NCBI GenBank assembly: GCA_964016885.1
Contig: OZ024743.1
Coordinates: 278,132,001 to 278,196,000 of the forward strand
Direction of reading: 5' to 3'
Source: Eledone cirrhosa
Lineage: Eukaryota
DNA length: 64,000 bases
The notes beneath the pieces were generated by a model. It was not told the DNA's origin. It saw only the letters and a program-made list of their open reading frames with translations, and did no database searches. The first letter of the stretch is position 1. Every line of letters starts with the position of its first letter. Both the position numbers and the translations under genes were made by a program. Shown in pieces: positions 1-20,479 of this stretch.

Positions 1-504
1 CAGATTCCTATGAATCTTATATGGGTTTAGCAATCTACTAATGGATTAATTATTCGTACGTAGCAAAAACAAGCAAAGAAATTATAAATACTCCGATATA
101 CCTTAAACTTATTCACCACAACCAGCTAATTTTATCCAGATTTCGCTGGAAGCCGTTCACAAGTTTAGTTGTAATCTATAATTAATAGAAGTTTAATGGA
201 AGGAAAACAGTTGTAATGTATTCAGTATAACAGTGGTATTTATGTTCGTAATATACCTTACTCTGATGACTTTGAATTCTGTCAAACATATTATCTTTTG
301 AATTGTGTTCATTAATCTCGTTAATGAGAGCAATCTGAATACCACACGGTTAACGTATCTTTTCTAAACTCTTCCATATCTTTTACACTGTTGGTGATAT
401 TTGTATATCCTTGACTGTATCATGTAAAATAACAGACACACAAACACTCGCACAAATATGCACACACACTCACATACATATATACCTATACATATATATT
501 TCTG

Positions 505-700
505 TAAAAAGTAAAGAGAAATAACAGGGAAAACGATACAGTATTTTGAAGAAATTTATTCGTTTAACGCTTGAAATAACAGGAAATGTGTCTTAACGTT
601 TCGGACACCAGTTCTTCTGCAGAAGATAGAGTTAGATAGGAAGTATAGAATAGGACGATAAAGAGTAAGAGAATGGGACGGCGTAAAATTAGAAAAAAGG
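505..700 (-). mobile_element. Degenerate PLE pLTR-like fragment with decayed minimal hammerhead (591-626)
   Basis: Minus strand reads TCTT-CTGCAGA-AGAACTGGTGTCC-GAAA-CGTT-AAGA (stem I TCTT/AAGA, palindromic ACGT stem III, core mutated); flank is similar to 46830-46945. Confidence 0.45.
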
Positions 701-1117
701 GGAAAATCATTGCAATTGTTATCTACAAGATTGCTTTATAAATATTTCTGTGCAAAGCCTAGTTTTTCCGCTAAACATTAAATATTGTTAATTGTGAAGA
801 ATGATCATAACTATTCTCCCTCCTGGCTTACTTTAGAAAATACATGTTGGTGTCTCTATAGTTGTCTTCAGATGTATGTGTGCGCTGCTGAATGGAAAAT
901 TAGCCGGCTCACAGCTGATAAATCACCTTTTTGTCAGCAGGTACAATTCTTTGTCAACTGGTATGATACTTTGATAGGCGATCGACACCAATTCTATACC
1001 CCAGGCGTCTGAAGGTCACAAAAACATGCCTGAGGTAGTAAACACACACACACCTACGAACTCTTACATACCTTCTCGATAAATATGATTCGACCCTTTC
1101 CACCATTATTTTATATA

Positions 1118-1310
1118 GGGCGGGGGATTGACACTATCGGTAGAAGGTCGGACGCCATGCTTTGCAGCATAGAGTTACGCCACTTTATGGTCTGAGCTCA
1201 AATCCCGCCGAAGTTAACTTTGCCTTTCATCCTTACTGGGTCGACAAAATAAAGCACCAGTAATGAACTGGGATAATCGCTGGCCTTGTGCCAAAAGTAG
1301 AAACAATTAT
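1118..1310 (+). mobile_element. tRNA-derived SINE
   Basis: B-box-like GAGCTCAAATCCC, central GCCTTTCATCCTTAC..GGGTCGAxAAAATAAAG.ACCAG, tail GGCCTTGTGCCAAAAGTAGAAACAATTA; several copies in the window. Confidence 0.85.
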
Positions 1311-1547
1311 TTAATCTAGATAGGTCAGGATAGATACATTTGACCGCAAATATAGACGCACACATATGTATGAACAATCACTAAGCTAGATATTTAGTCA
1401 CACAACCACACACAGCCACTCTCTCAACAAATCAGATACTTTCATAAAGATTCTTTGCAATTGGATGAATAATGTATGTTCTCATTTGGGCTATTGATAC
1501 CTCCCAGTTCTTCCACCGCCAACGGATTTGCTATTCAGTCTCGAATA

Positions 1548-1590
1548 AGCTGTTGAAACGGCAAGAGCTCAACCGTTGTGGTCCTGATTC

Positions 1591-1597
<7 letters not shown>
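1548..1597 (+). mobile_element. 3' half of hammerhead-bearing pLTR family B
   Basis: AGCTGTTGAAACGGCAAGAGCTCAACCGTTGTGGTCCTGATTCTTTCATAT resembles 25875-25925, 36300-36340 and 47410-47456; ends in (TA)n. Confidence 0.6.
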
Positions 1598-1647
<50 letters not shown>

Positions 1648-1660
1648 CGTGTGTGGGGTG

Positions 1661-1692
<32 letters not shown>

Positions 1693-3605
1693 GATGTGTG
1701 TGTGTAATGTTAGTAAACATTACGTAAGTGGCTCGATTAGCTATCCACCACACCATTCTTCTTCTTCTTCTTCTCACCCCCCTTTCTTTTCTCTGGAATA
1801 AATCATCCATGCTTTGACCTGGTGATTAATGAGGCTGCCCGGTTTAAACTGCCCATCACCCGTCGTGTAATAAGACGGTGCTTCGACAATTTCATCAAGT
1901 GTTTATTCCACGTCTCTGTTATTTGGATAAAAAGTCCTTAAGTTCTGTTATGTGTAATAAACGTATATCAGCCTCGCTAAATAAAAATACCCTGTATTTA
2001 GATCACAGGCTTCTCTGCATGACGTACTCACAAACGACAGTCATATTCATATGTTTCAAAAATGTCTGTTCTCGATAGAAACATATCTTTCAAGTTGCAA
2101 CAAAATGTCAAGAGGAGAAAATCAATTTCTAAGTGCCAATTAAATTGTAAATCCTGTTATCTGTTGAAAGAACAAAATCCCGTTGGATTGAAAGCTCGGT
2201 ACTGTTTTAATTAACGAACGATCAAATCAACCATTATGTGTAGCAATTTCAACAGAGCAGAATAATTGTCACCAAGTATTGACAAAATCTGGTATGAACG
2301 ATGTTCCAAAGGGAAAATAAACTGCTGAAAAATGAATAAAATATCTAATGTGGATTAAATCACAGAAGTGATAGAACAAACAGTGGTGATTATTTGTTGA
2401 TGGATATAAGTAAAATACCTATTGACTCACAAACAGTTGTTATTGTAAGGCTACTGAATAACCAAAGTGACAGAGATTGAAATAATTAGGGGAGCTTTAT
2501 ACTACCTTATGATTGCCTGTAAAATTGTTTGATAATTTCCACCCAAAAGGCTGAAACTGCCATTAATAATCGATTACATGATAAACCAACTTGATCCTGC
2601 CCGCGCTGTTCATGTAGCGAATATCGTTTTCACGTTAAAATATCTTAAGCAGAGCATAACGTTGTAAAAGTATTTGGTCATTATTTTTATTGATCTGAAA
2701 ATAACTTTTGATAGTGTACACTGACAATCATAATTGTACCAGAATATTTCCCCATTATATCATGTAAACACCTTCGAGTGTAGGTATTAAAATTTCAGAT
2801 CTCATATGAAGAAACAAAAAAAGAAAAAGAAGAATAAAGGACCCAAATGCTCTATAGTTGCAAATGCCCTATTTGACACATAGCTTGATAGAAATAGCTC
2901 AACATTATATATAGTTTTTCATTTGAAGCAGAAAGAGATGTCATCATATTGGAAACAATCAATAAGGAAACCTTTACTAATGGATGAATTTTGGACAAAC
3001 TTTTGCCACGTCTCTATTTACTTAACTAAACCAGCAGTAATGAAAATATTTGTGTAACATATTTTTGCATTCACAGTATACAAATCTATTATCATAATGA
3101 AAAAGTCAATAAAAAATAAAATACTGCCTTTCTATATATGCGCATATATATTCCATGCGTGATGGCATGACTTCAAAACTTCATAGAAACTGGAAGAATC
3201 AAGTTCTAGCTATAATCATTCAAACAAAAAAATCAAACTCTGTGGTTCCTTCACGATACTACCACCTTCCCGCATCTTTGTTGATATATAGGTTAATTGA
3301 TTTTCTTTTCAGCCCTCAAGATCTGATCATTTATTGTTTTCAATTACTTTTATGGAAAATATAATAAGGACACGAACGGAATCATCCGTATTAGAACTAT
3401 CTATTATATTGAAAGAGCGCTTATAGAACTTAACTGAAAGGATATAAAGCCAAGCTGACCTCGTCGGCAGTTGAAATCATACTGCAGTGAGCCAGAATAA
3501 TTACTCCAAATGTCAATGACTCTATGAATACATACACACACCAGGTACCTCAGCGTCCCCTCTCTCTCTATCTATCTATCTATTTATCTCTGTATATATA
3601 TATAT

Positions 3606-4415
3606 ATATGAATAAAGTTAGTCCTTCATCAGTGATCTTCCAACCTTCATTGGTATTTCATCGCTTAAAGACCATATACCTCCGGTTGGTGCGAGCAACG
3701 GCTAAAGAAAGTCGTTGGGACACGTAAATAAGGGGAACGAGCGAAACTGTAAACAATCAAAGATGGTAATGCAACGAAAAGTGACGAAGAATGAGTCAAG
3801 TCCCAGATTTCTATGAATGTAAATTCATCAAACCAAGTCGAAATAATAAGACCATCAAACCTAGTCGAAATGTGAGCAAGGAAGGAATTCCGCACAGGTC
3901 AAACGGGGGGAAGAAGGAGTCTAGTCCCTGAATTCGGTGAACATAAGTTCTGTGAAATCGTAGACAAGAGAGAAAAAAGGAACAACCAGCTTGGTCAAGC
4001 GTGCGCGAAAAAAGAATTATGCACAGGTCAAACGGGAGGAAGTATGAGAGGTAGTAGCAGAGAGTGAGTGAGTGAAGGGTTAGGAAGCGGCTAACAGACA
4101 GAGTGACTGTTAGAGAGGGTAAAGGGAGGTGAAAGATACAGAGAAAGAGGAAGCAGTAAGAACGAAATAGACGGGTCACGGCGGAGGAAAATATATGTGT
4201 GAATATGAAAACAAACGTGCTGCGTGGTTGCAAATGGGTTACATATGAATAAAGTTAGTCTTTCATCAGTGATCTTCCAACCTTCATTGGTATTTCATCG
4301 CTTTAAAGACCATATACCTCCGGTTGGTTCGAGCAACGGCTAAAGAAAGTCGTTGGGACACGTAAAGAAGGGGAACGAGCGAGACTCTAAACAATCAAAG
4401 ATGGTAATGCAACGA
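3606..4415 (-). mobile_element. Non-coding element with ~170 bp terminal direct repeats (637 bp period), pLTR/retrozyme-like family A
   Basis: 3606-3777 is repeated at 4243-4415; both ends abut (TA)n; related copies at 9963-10550 and 16345-16503; carries CACTGATGA on the minus strand. Confidence 0.7.
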
Positions 4416-4502
4416 TATATATATATATATGTATGTATATATATATATATAAATATAATAAAATGTGGAGAGGAGACACAAGTTAGGATATATATATATA
4501 TA

Positions 4503-8818
<4,316 letters not shown>

Positions 8819-8896
8819 TGTAAATATATATATATTCAAATTTTACGAAAGCCAAGAATAGGAAATTATTATTTATTCATACATTTATTCATACAA

Positions 8897-9085
8897 GGGC
8901 GGTGAATTGGCAGTATCGGTAGAGAGTTGGATTATGCTTTCCAGCATAGTTACGTCCCTTTACGATCTGAGTTCAATTCCCGCCGATGTTAACTTTGCCT
9001 TTCATCCTTACGGGGTCGATAAAATAAAGTACCAGTAATGTACTGGGATAATTGCTGGCCTTGTGCCAAAAAGTAGAAACAATTA
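8897..9085 (+). mobile_element. tRNA-derived SINE with 13 bp target-site duplication
   Basis: Same family as 1118-1310; ATTTATTCATACA at 8883-8895 and 9085-9097. Confidence 0.88.
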
Positions 9086-9734
9086 TTTATTCATACATCT
9101 CTACGAACGTTTGAACGCGGCTAGAATCTCGAAACATAGAATCTAGAAAGAGATTGTGACAGTAGGTTCGTTGTGTTTGCCCACATTGCCTTTTGTTTGT
9201 CGATAACGTTTGTCACTATGGGGAGCGTGGTAAGCCTCCGGCTCGTCCCATTCACGTTAACATCCGTCAATGCTGCTGTTGCCGCTGCAACCCCTTATCG
9301 AGCGCATACAGAACCAATAGGCCGTTACCATATAGGATATATAACAGTTAAAACTTCTTCAAGTTATATTATATAGCATTTTAAGAACATATAGTCCTAA
9401 AATAACAGGATGGTCATTAATGGAATGCCCAGAAACTGAACAACAGCCAGAAGAACAGCAACAGCAATATGAACAACAACAAAAACAATAATAGTAATAA
9501 CAGGAACAACAACGCCAGGAACAACTACAACCGTAATCACAACAATGTCTCCACCACCAACACCCAGCTACTATCATGAACAGCAAAAGCAACAGTTGTT
9601 ATCAGAAAACAAATAGCATTGTCTGTTAATTCAAGTAGCTAAAAGAGGACAATTTATTACAGTTCGATTACAAAAGCAATGCATTGAAAACGAATTCCAC
9701 ACATTATATAGTGTTATGAATGAATGCTTAGTCA

Positions 9735-9830
9735 TACAGTTAAGAAGTTTGCACCGCAATCATGTGTTTCCGGGTTCGATCTCACCGTGTAGTAAATTGT
9801 GCAGGTGTCTTCTACTGAAACAGAAAAAGC
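9735..9830 (+). mobile_element. Degenerate second tRNA-derived SINE head
   Basis: GGGTTCGATCTCACC B-box followed by GCAGGTGTCTTCTACT; similar to 58298-58400. Confidence 0.45.
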
Positions 9831-9900
9831 AATGCATAGCGAGACGGATATTGTGCAGCATTTTGTCGTGTATCTCTCTCTCTCCCCCCCCCCCCCCCTC

Positions 9901-9962
<62 letters not shown>

Positions 9963-10030
9963 ATCCATGTGCAACCTGCAGTATTCTTCTCCCCATTTTT
10001 TCACATATATTTACCTAAACTGCGATTCTG

Positions 10031-10068
<38 letters not shown>

Positions 10069-10544
10069 TGCTCCCTCGTTCTCTCTGTTTCTCTTACTTT
10101 CTTTCGCCCCCTCTGTCATGTCAGTTAACACTTTCCCTCTACTGACCTCTTCCTCACACTTCCACTCACTCACTCACTGTTTCTCCCCTTCTCACTTCAC
10201 CCCGTTCGCGACGAAAACAATTTCCTTCTTTCTTACATTTGGATTCATCTCGAAAGGTCTTTTTACTACACGCTCATATATTCACCCAGCTTATGCTGAC
10301 AGAATAACTATGTAGCTTGTGCCCTTCCTATCTACGGTTAGCTTTCCTCTTTGTTGTTTACTTGTCTCACTCGCTTTACGCGTTTTAATTGTCCTAATAA
10401 CTTAATTTAGTTATTATTGCACCAACGTGATGTATATGATTTTTAATGCAATGAAATATCTATGATCGTTGGCAAATCACTGATGAGGGACTCATTTTAT
10501 AACATGTTATCCATGTGCAACCTGCAGTATTCTTCTCCCCATTT

Positions 10545-10550
<6 letters not shown>
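9963..10550 (+). mobile_element. Diverged family A element with 39 bp terminal direct repeat (546 bp period)
   Basis: ATCCATGTGCAACCTGCAGTATTCTTCTCCCCATTTTTT at 9963 and 10509; GCAATGAAATA..GTTGG..ATCACTGATGAGGGACT matches the reverse complement of 3606-3670; flanked by (TA)n. Confidence 0.65.
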
Positions 10551-10606
<56 letters not shown>

Positions 10607-10615
10607 ATATATATA

Positions 10616-11430
10616 TCTGTATATATATAAATCTGAAAATTTCTGTATGTATGTGTATGTGTGTGTCGACCTTTTCTAATGAGGGCTCATATATTCTAAA
10701 CCATTCATGCGATTTCTTTGACATTTTTTAAAGAGCTTCTCCTTGTACAAAACCTGTACATGATCTACAAAGGCTTTCAAAACTCGATATTGGGGCCTTT
10801 GGAGACATTAAAAAATTTCGGTTATTTGTGTGGATTTTCGTGATTAAGTAAGATAAGAGTTATCTTTCCTAATCAAGAGTTATCTTTCGTAATTAGCCTA
10901 ATTCGGGTTTTAATTTAATCTTTCTACTTGAAACAAAGATAATAACAATATCATTTCGTATATTTCACAGCCAGCAATTTCTAACAGATTACTAAGTTAA
11001 GTTATAGATTTGACATTGTATAATTTATCGTTCTCATTCGGATATTAATTTACTCTTTCTACTTGAAACAAAGATAATAACAATATCATTTCGTATATTT
11101 CACAACCAGCAATTTCTAATAGATTACTAAGTTAAAAGCTTCATGTTCATGTTAACTGATCTCATAACCTTTCTCATAACTTTTACAATATTATACTTAT
11201 ATTTATCTAAAGGATGATTTATACATCAAAGAATTACAATTATTCTATTTTTTCGCATTGATTAGACTACGTTTCTGACACATATTAATTATTTCGCTGG
11301 AATAGTGCCTAAGGTTTTCATGTTTATATAAAGTACGTTTTTCTTCTATGTACTCAAATTTACTTTGTTTAGTTTAATGAGCTACATCGAAAGCTACTTG
11401 AACCGTCCAAAGGACGGGTAGTTTAGCTAG
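10616..11430 (+). mobile_element. Non-autonomous Helitron
   Basis: 5' A|TC start; 3' hairpin CCGTCC-AAA-GGACGG ~9 nt before CTAG|T; internal ~80 bp tandem duplication (10919-11000 / 11054-11135). Confidence 0.8.
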
Positions 11431-11477
11431 TATATATATATATATATATATGTGTGTGTGGGGGGGGGGGAGATGAG

Positions 11478-11616
11478 TATTGATGTACATGTACGCCAAT
11501 ACTCGTCTTTTTCCATTTCTTAGAAGGTTCTAAACTCCAATATCAGGCTAAAATTTCTTTAGACAAAAATACGGCGAAAGCTTCTATTTTCTAATTTCAA
11601 ACTCGCTCGCTGTTTC
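11478..11616 (+). repeat. Interspersed repeat, body of the SINE-like family at 45280-45485
   Basis: AATACTCGTCTTTTTCCATT...AAAATACGGCGA..AGCTT...TTTCAAAC.C.CTCGCT shared between the two loci. Confidence 0.6.
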
Positions 11617-11796
11617 TTGATTGACATATATACATATATATATATATATATTTGTTTGCGTGCGTATGTGTGTGTAAATATTATATGTTTATGTACACAA
11701 ACACTTACACACATATATATATGTATATATGTATATATTTATATGGGTGTGGGTAGATGTGTGTGTGCGTTAATGTTATTGTATATATATATATAT

Positions 11797-11866
<70 letters not shown>

Positions 11867-14800
11867 TATATAACGTATAATAAAGTGATTTAACAAAAAG
11901 GGATTCATAAAATAAGTCCCAAACTGAAATATGTTGTAATATCGATATGGTCGATTGCAATCCTTGCACGAAGTGCTTCATTGTGGCCGAAGTCCAATGA
12001 CTGAAATCAGAAAACGAATAACATTTATATAGAATACTATGAACAAATGCAAAATCTATAACGCCTTACAATAAGCTAGCATTAATAATATATTATTAAG
12101 CAAGTAAAAATCTAAAAATAAGTGCATCTTATAAATGTTATTTGCTGTGTATATATTGTATTCATAGTTTTATATAAACATATTTTAGAAGCTACAAGCC
12201 TGTTAAAACACGTCTTTATGAGTAACATAATATATGAATTTAATTGCAAATAACAACATAGCTTATAAATACGTACAATAGCAAACGTATGAACATAATA
12301 TACGACCGGTAGACGTGTCACAATTAGCAATCAAATCGCTTTCCCATGTCACTAAAGTTACGTCCATTCTCTACACAACAGCTACAGGCTACTACATCCA
12401 TCCATCATGCTGTAATATCTAACAGGGCATATGGAATGTGAATTTTGTTCGCGATACTACTTGACCTAATTGGAAACAACGTTCTCAATAGAATTAACTG
12501 TGACACCAACACATCGTTTTTGAAATATAATGCGTAAGCAGCGTTTCATAAATAAAGCCTCACTGAACCTTGACATGTACTTAAAGTCGGAAACAAAGAT
12601 CGTGCAGACAAATCGAATAATTTTTATTTTCGTAAATACCATAGTTAGGATTCGCTTGTTTTCCCTGATGTCATTGAAAACGTAGATTGTACTATCTTTT
12701 GAAGGTATGTGATCGAGTCAGACTCCAATTTATGTACATAGAAGTGCACACTTAGCTCTGTTGGTGTCTGTGATCCAGTTAATTAATGCGCACGGCCAAA
12801 GTTGCACTGCCCGGCCAGGCTTAGATTGATTACGCCTGTTTAAAAAAAAAATGAAGTAGTGATTGCTACATCCCTTTCGCAACCAGGGTGAAATAAAGTA
12901 ATCGAATCATGGCGAAATCATTAATGAAAACCGATACTAATCGATTAATCGACTCCATCTTTCTCCCTTGCTACTAAGAGTCTTATGGTTTAACCCTGGT
13001 GTCTATTCTTACAGCGATGCTAAAAATATATTTATTAATCATACGACTGTAACTCTGTTTACAAATTTAATATCAATAGATTGTCTCCAACTCAATAAAA
13101 TTGTGTTGTTAGTAGAAGAGTTACTATGGAATCAAAACAAAACAATACAGGCAACAAGATATTCGAGCTAAAAAAACAACAATCAGAAATATTAAACCCC
13201 GGAAGTAACCAATTGAAGACGAGAGACGCCACACAATAAAACTATGCTGCTTTCCTATTAATTCAAAGTGAATATCAATCCTCTATTCCAGCCTACATTA
13301 TCCAGATGCAAATATTGACCCAAGACAATTATTATGCCAAACAAAGGAACATATGAACAATTATAGGAATATAGAGAAAATGGGAAAATTGTTATAAAGA
13401 AAAGGAAACAGTCATATTTCAATGCGCGCCCTAATACGCATATATTGTAAAATATAATTAGTTATCAAATTATAATTAGCTCTATTGGTGTAGTATCGAG
13501 GTTCTGATTAATTGATTTGTAATTTGTTGGCTTACAGGATCGATTTCAATAAATGCAGTTATTTGGCACTCTCAACTCAATTACAGTGCAGACAAGTTGC
13601 CCTATTATTCTTTATTAAAAATTCATATTTTGTTTGCTATAAACATATTCAAACTACTTTTATATTAAAATATTTACTGATTATGTATTATTCAGCAAAT
13701 TGCTGTTGTGCTTACCTCAAGGTCAGACTCGATAGTGAAAACCAATAATAAAAGTGAATCCATTCCTGTGTGGAGCATTATTTCTAAAACAGTCTACAAA
13801 TAATTCCATCATTAATCGCATCATTCTTTTTATAATACGTTAAAGTGTGGATCGAAGGAGCTCTCTGTAGCAGGTAGAGTAACAAATGTTCCTTTTTTGA
13901 TAATCCATATAATAAGGAGTTTCGTTGGGAATGATGTAGGGTCTCTTTATGTCAAGTTCACCAAATCCCAATTTGGGCACAAGAATGAAGAAAAGCAGCG
14001 CAGATCTATATTTTCCTTCTACTTTTAAGATTAGAATGTGAGAAATATTTCCATTCTATTAACATTACTATTACCTTCCAAACACATTTCCTAAGGTAAT
14101 CCTTTTTTTTTTGCTTACCAAATGAATTGAATATTCTTTTCACTGTGTTATATCTAGAAACATGGAATCATAAAATTGTAAGTTGTGTTTCTAAATTCCA
14201 GCGGTGATCCGTAAATTAGTTTCAGAAATAAACTCTTAAATTCAAATAATACTTTTGGTATATATTCTTCAATTGACAAAATTGATCTTGAGATTAGTAT
14301 TTTGAGAATTTTTCAAAAGCTAGGTGAACAGCATATCTTAGGTGAATGGTATATTTTGTAAATAAATAATATTCTGTTAGCAAACTACTAATTTAATATC
14401 TGGGCTGCAATTAAATAGATAATTGTTTTCTCCTCAATTCCTTGACGACACCCACCATCTCCTACTAAGATGTTTATCTTCTGCTAGAATATCTTCTGGT
14501 AGAATATCTAAAAAGAATACATGTACTTGACAAAAATTACATTCAGATTTTCATTCCAAAGACTGCCTGCATTAAACGTTTTTCACCAGATTCGCAACTA
14601 TATATTAACAGAAGGAATCTAACAGGCATATTCTCAGACGTGTGAAGCTCTACATTGACTATAACAATCTATATGTGCGGCGATAGAATTGGCGCGTCTA
14701 TTTCAAGAAATGTAATAGATAAAATGTCTTGTGATTAGTCAGAAACCTAACCTTTTGCAGAGGAGCTGAAATATAATATATTATTAAATGGACAACTATT

Positions 14801-15333
14801 ATTATTTTTACCACAAGCATTTAGCTCAGAGAATTGAGAAGAAAAATTGGTAACGAAAGTTCTTTACAAATTAGAATTTTATATGAATTAATCTAAATAG
14901 ACCTACTTCCAAAATTTCTTTTTATTGAAAATCCATAATGACACTTTCGGTAGATACATTTTCACCAACAATGTTTCAAAGAAATTTAAGATTAGAGATA
15001 TATTCAATCAAAGGTGTTTTCCATATTGTTTTTCATCTTAGGAATAATTAACGAAAGAACTTTTTAAATAATCGGTTCATGAAATATTCTTTCTTTAGAC
15101 ACACGAACAATGTATTTGAAAATACGATATTTGTAAATAACCTGAGGGTAAGGAACGTCGAAAATTTATATCAGGATTTTCCTTTTGTTAAAATTTCTAA
15201 GTTGTAATTAATGAATTATTTAAAGTGGTCGAAAACATAACGCCATTCTTATGGTTTATAAATAACAAGATCATGTTTTATAGAGTTGTTAGTATTTATA
15301 CTTCTAATCGAACTATATCCAGGAATATATTAC

Positions 15334-15336
<3 letters not shown>

Positions 15337-15426
<90 letters not shown>

Positions 15427-15460
15427 ACGCGCATATATATATATATATGTATGTATATGT
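15337..15460. repeat. (CA)n/(TA)n microsatellite
   Basis: Directly visible. Confidence 0.97.
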
Positions 15461-15509
15461 CGTGAAAAATAAGAAGTCAGATTTGTAACTTGATATGATA
15501 GTTTATTAC

Positions 15510-15592
15510 ATATTCCAAGTTTTGTATATCGATCAGCATGGGTTTGATCAGGCCATCGGATCCCGACACTTAATCGATACTTCTTCAGATAT
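15510..15592 (-). ncRNA. Degenerate type I hammerhead in a short pLTR-like element (15462-15625)
   Basis: Minus strand: ATAT-CTGAAGA-AG-TATCGATTA...TGATCGATA-TAC-AAAA-CTTGGA-ATAT; GAAA is decayed to AAAA and stem III is broken. Confidence 0.45.
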
Positions 15593-15617
15593 CCGAATTT
15601 ACATGTGGTCCCATCCT

Positions 15618-15674
<57 letters not shown>

Positions 15675-15862
15675 GGTTTGTTGGTGGACCACTGGATAGA
15701 ACTGGTCATTCCGTACGGTCAATCTTGATGTAATATTATAGAGAGCACTCAACGTAATGCGACTCACCCGTCTTCGTTTGTGTAGTTGGTGGTGCGAGTA
15801 CGGAGTTAATTATTATAAAATAACAGGAGGCTGGACTGGTGTAAATCCTTGCAAGGTTTATT

Positions 15863-15920
15863 ATACTATGATCATTTCAATGACCGGGTTCAGTATGAAT
15901 TCGGTGACATCATCAGGTAT
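15863..15920 (-). ncRNA. Type I hammerhead ribozyme (palindromic stem III)
   Basis: ATAC-CTGATGA-long stem II-GAAA-TGATCAT-A-GTAT on the minus strand. Confidence 0.78.
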
Positions 15921-16033
15921 CAAATATAACAAAAGGAATATAAAAGAAAAATCGATGGGGCTGAAATCAGAGACAAGAGGACGACCGACTATTTAGCAGC
16001 TTCTACCTCAGTCGGCCGCCCTCGAGTGTATGA

Positions 16034-16091
16034 ATACCTGATGATGTCATCGGATTCATACTGAACCCGGTCATTGAAATGATCATAGTAT
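16034..16091 (+). ncRNA. Type I hammerhead ribozyme (palindromic stem III)
   Basis: Stem I ATAC/GTAT; CTGATGA 16038-16044; stem II (ATCGGATTCA/TGAACCCGGT); GAAA 16076-16079; palindrome ATGATCAT; predicted cleavage triplet AUA 16085-16087. Confidence 0.8.
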
Positions 16092-16136
16092 AATAAACGT
16101 TTCAAGGATTTACACCAGTCCAGCCTCCTGTTATTT

Positions 16137-16182
<46 letters not shown>

Positions 16183-16185
<3 letters not shown>

Positions 16186-16330
16186 ACGAAGGAAATGTGG
16201 TAAGGAACCAGATGGACCATAACGCACCAAGTACTCAATACTTAGGGTAGTAGAGTGGGTAATAGGAACGAGTAGGACATCGACGGCTGAGCTCAAGCCG
16301 TTTCGAACGGCTAATTCTACTCGTTCCTAT
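16183..16330 (-). mobile_element. Family B pLTR tail with half-hammerhead and short inverted end
   Basis: Matches 24561-24665; minus strand TAGCCG-TTC-GAAACGGC-TTGAGCTCA-GCCGTC; inverted repeat ATAGGAACGAGTAG/CTACTCGTTCCTAT. Confidence 0.75.
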
Positions 16331-16344
16331 ATATATATATATAT

Positions 16345-16503
16345 AAGAAAAATGGAGTGCTGCGTGGTTGCACATGGGTTACATATGAATAGAATTAATC
16401 CTTCTCAGTGATCTTCCAACCTACATTGGTATTTCATCGCTTTAAAAGCGATGAAATACCAATGAAGCTTGGAAGATCACTGATGAAGGACTAACTTTAT
16501 TTA
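16345..16503. mobile_element. Family A fold-back fragment
   Basis: Palindrome centred on GCTTTAAAAGC (~16444), arms ~60 bp; sequence matches 4218-4305. Confidence 0.75.
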
Positions 16504-16510
16504 TATATAT

Positions 16511-16579
<69 letters not shown>

Positions 16580-16580
16580 C

Positions 16581-16640
<60 letters not shown>

Positions 16641-17019
16641 TACATGATTTAATGTATATGCATAAGAATGTACGTACATAAATCGAGTAAGTAGTGTACA
16701 TTCTAATAGCTAAATGATAAGGTAAATATGTGAAACATGTTTTGCATAAATTTATTTAATTTTTTCAGAAGAGTATATATGGTAATTTATACGCATATAT
16801 GACCGACACACACACAAACACAGACACACACACACAGGCACACACACACGCGCACATACATATACATGTGTGCACATGTGTGTATGTGTGTGTGTGTGCA
16901 TTTGTTGGCATAATGAATGAGTGACATATAATCGATAACATGATAGTAAAACGTTGGTACAATATGTAACAAACTTAAACAGATAGTCTAACGAGTATAT
17001 GTTAATATGTTAAATCATC

Positions 17020-19891
<2,872 letters not shown>

Positions 19892-20232
19892 GAGTGTCTG
19901 TTTGTGATTATTTACGTATGTGTTTATATACCTGAGTTGGTTCTCATTGGGTTTGCCTGCTTCTAAACATCAACAACTTGACATCAAATGCTATGATTGC
20001 CACATAAAATGAAAGAAAACAAAAATCTGAAGTTTAAATCAAACTGCTTTGATATTTTTTCGTTCTTTAGTCGTTTGGTTATTTCGACATTTTCAACGTC
20101 ACCATTATTTTTCACCATCAACACATCAACATTTTACAGTTTCGCTTTTAAAGTATGCGTATACGTGCGTTTGCTTCTACGCACACACAGACACACACAC
20201 AGACACACACAGACACACACACACACGCGCGC

Positions 20233-20332
<100 letters not shown>

Positions 20333-20479
20333 GTATGTATATATATAACTTTGATATCTTTGATAGGTTTCGGCCAGTATTGGCCCAGCTCCTGTCTAAC
20401 TTAATAGCACTACCTGGCGAAGTCTTGCAAATCAGAATTTGGACACCATGGCCCACTCAAGTAGAGAGGTATTGTTTAT

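Larger units (their letters stand above)
15813..16140. mobile_element. ~330 bp fold-back mini-element (family C) with ~108 bp inverted arms, each holding a hammerhead
   Basis: 15813-15920 is the near-exact reverse complement of 16034-16140; third copy at 46577-46765. Confidence 0.85.
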
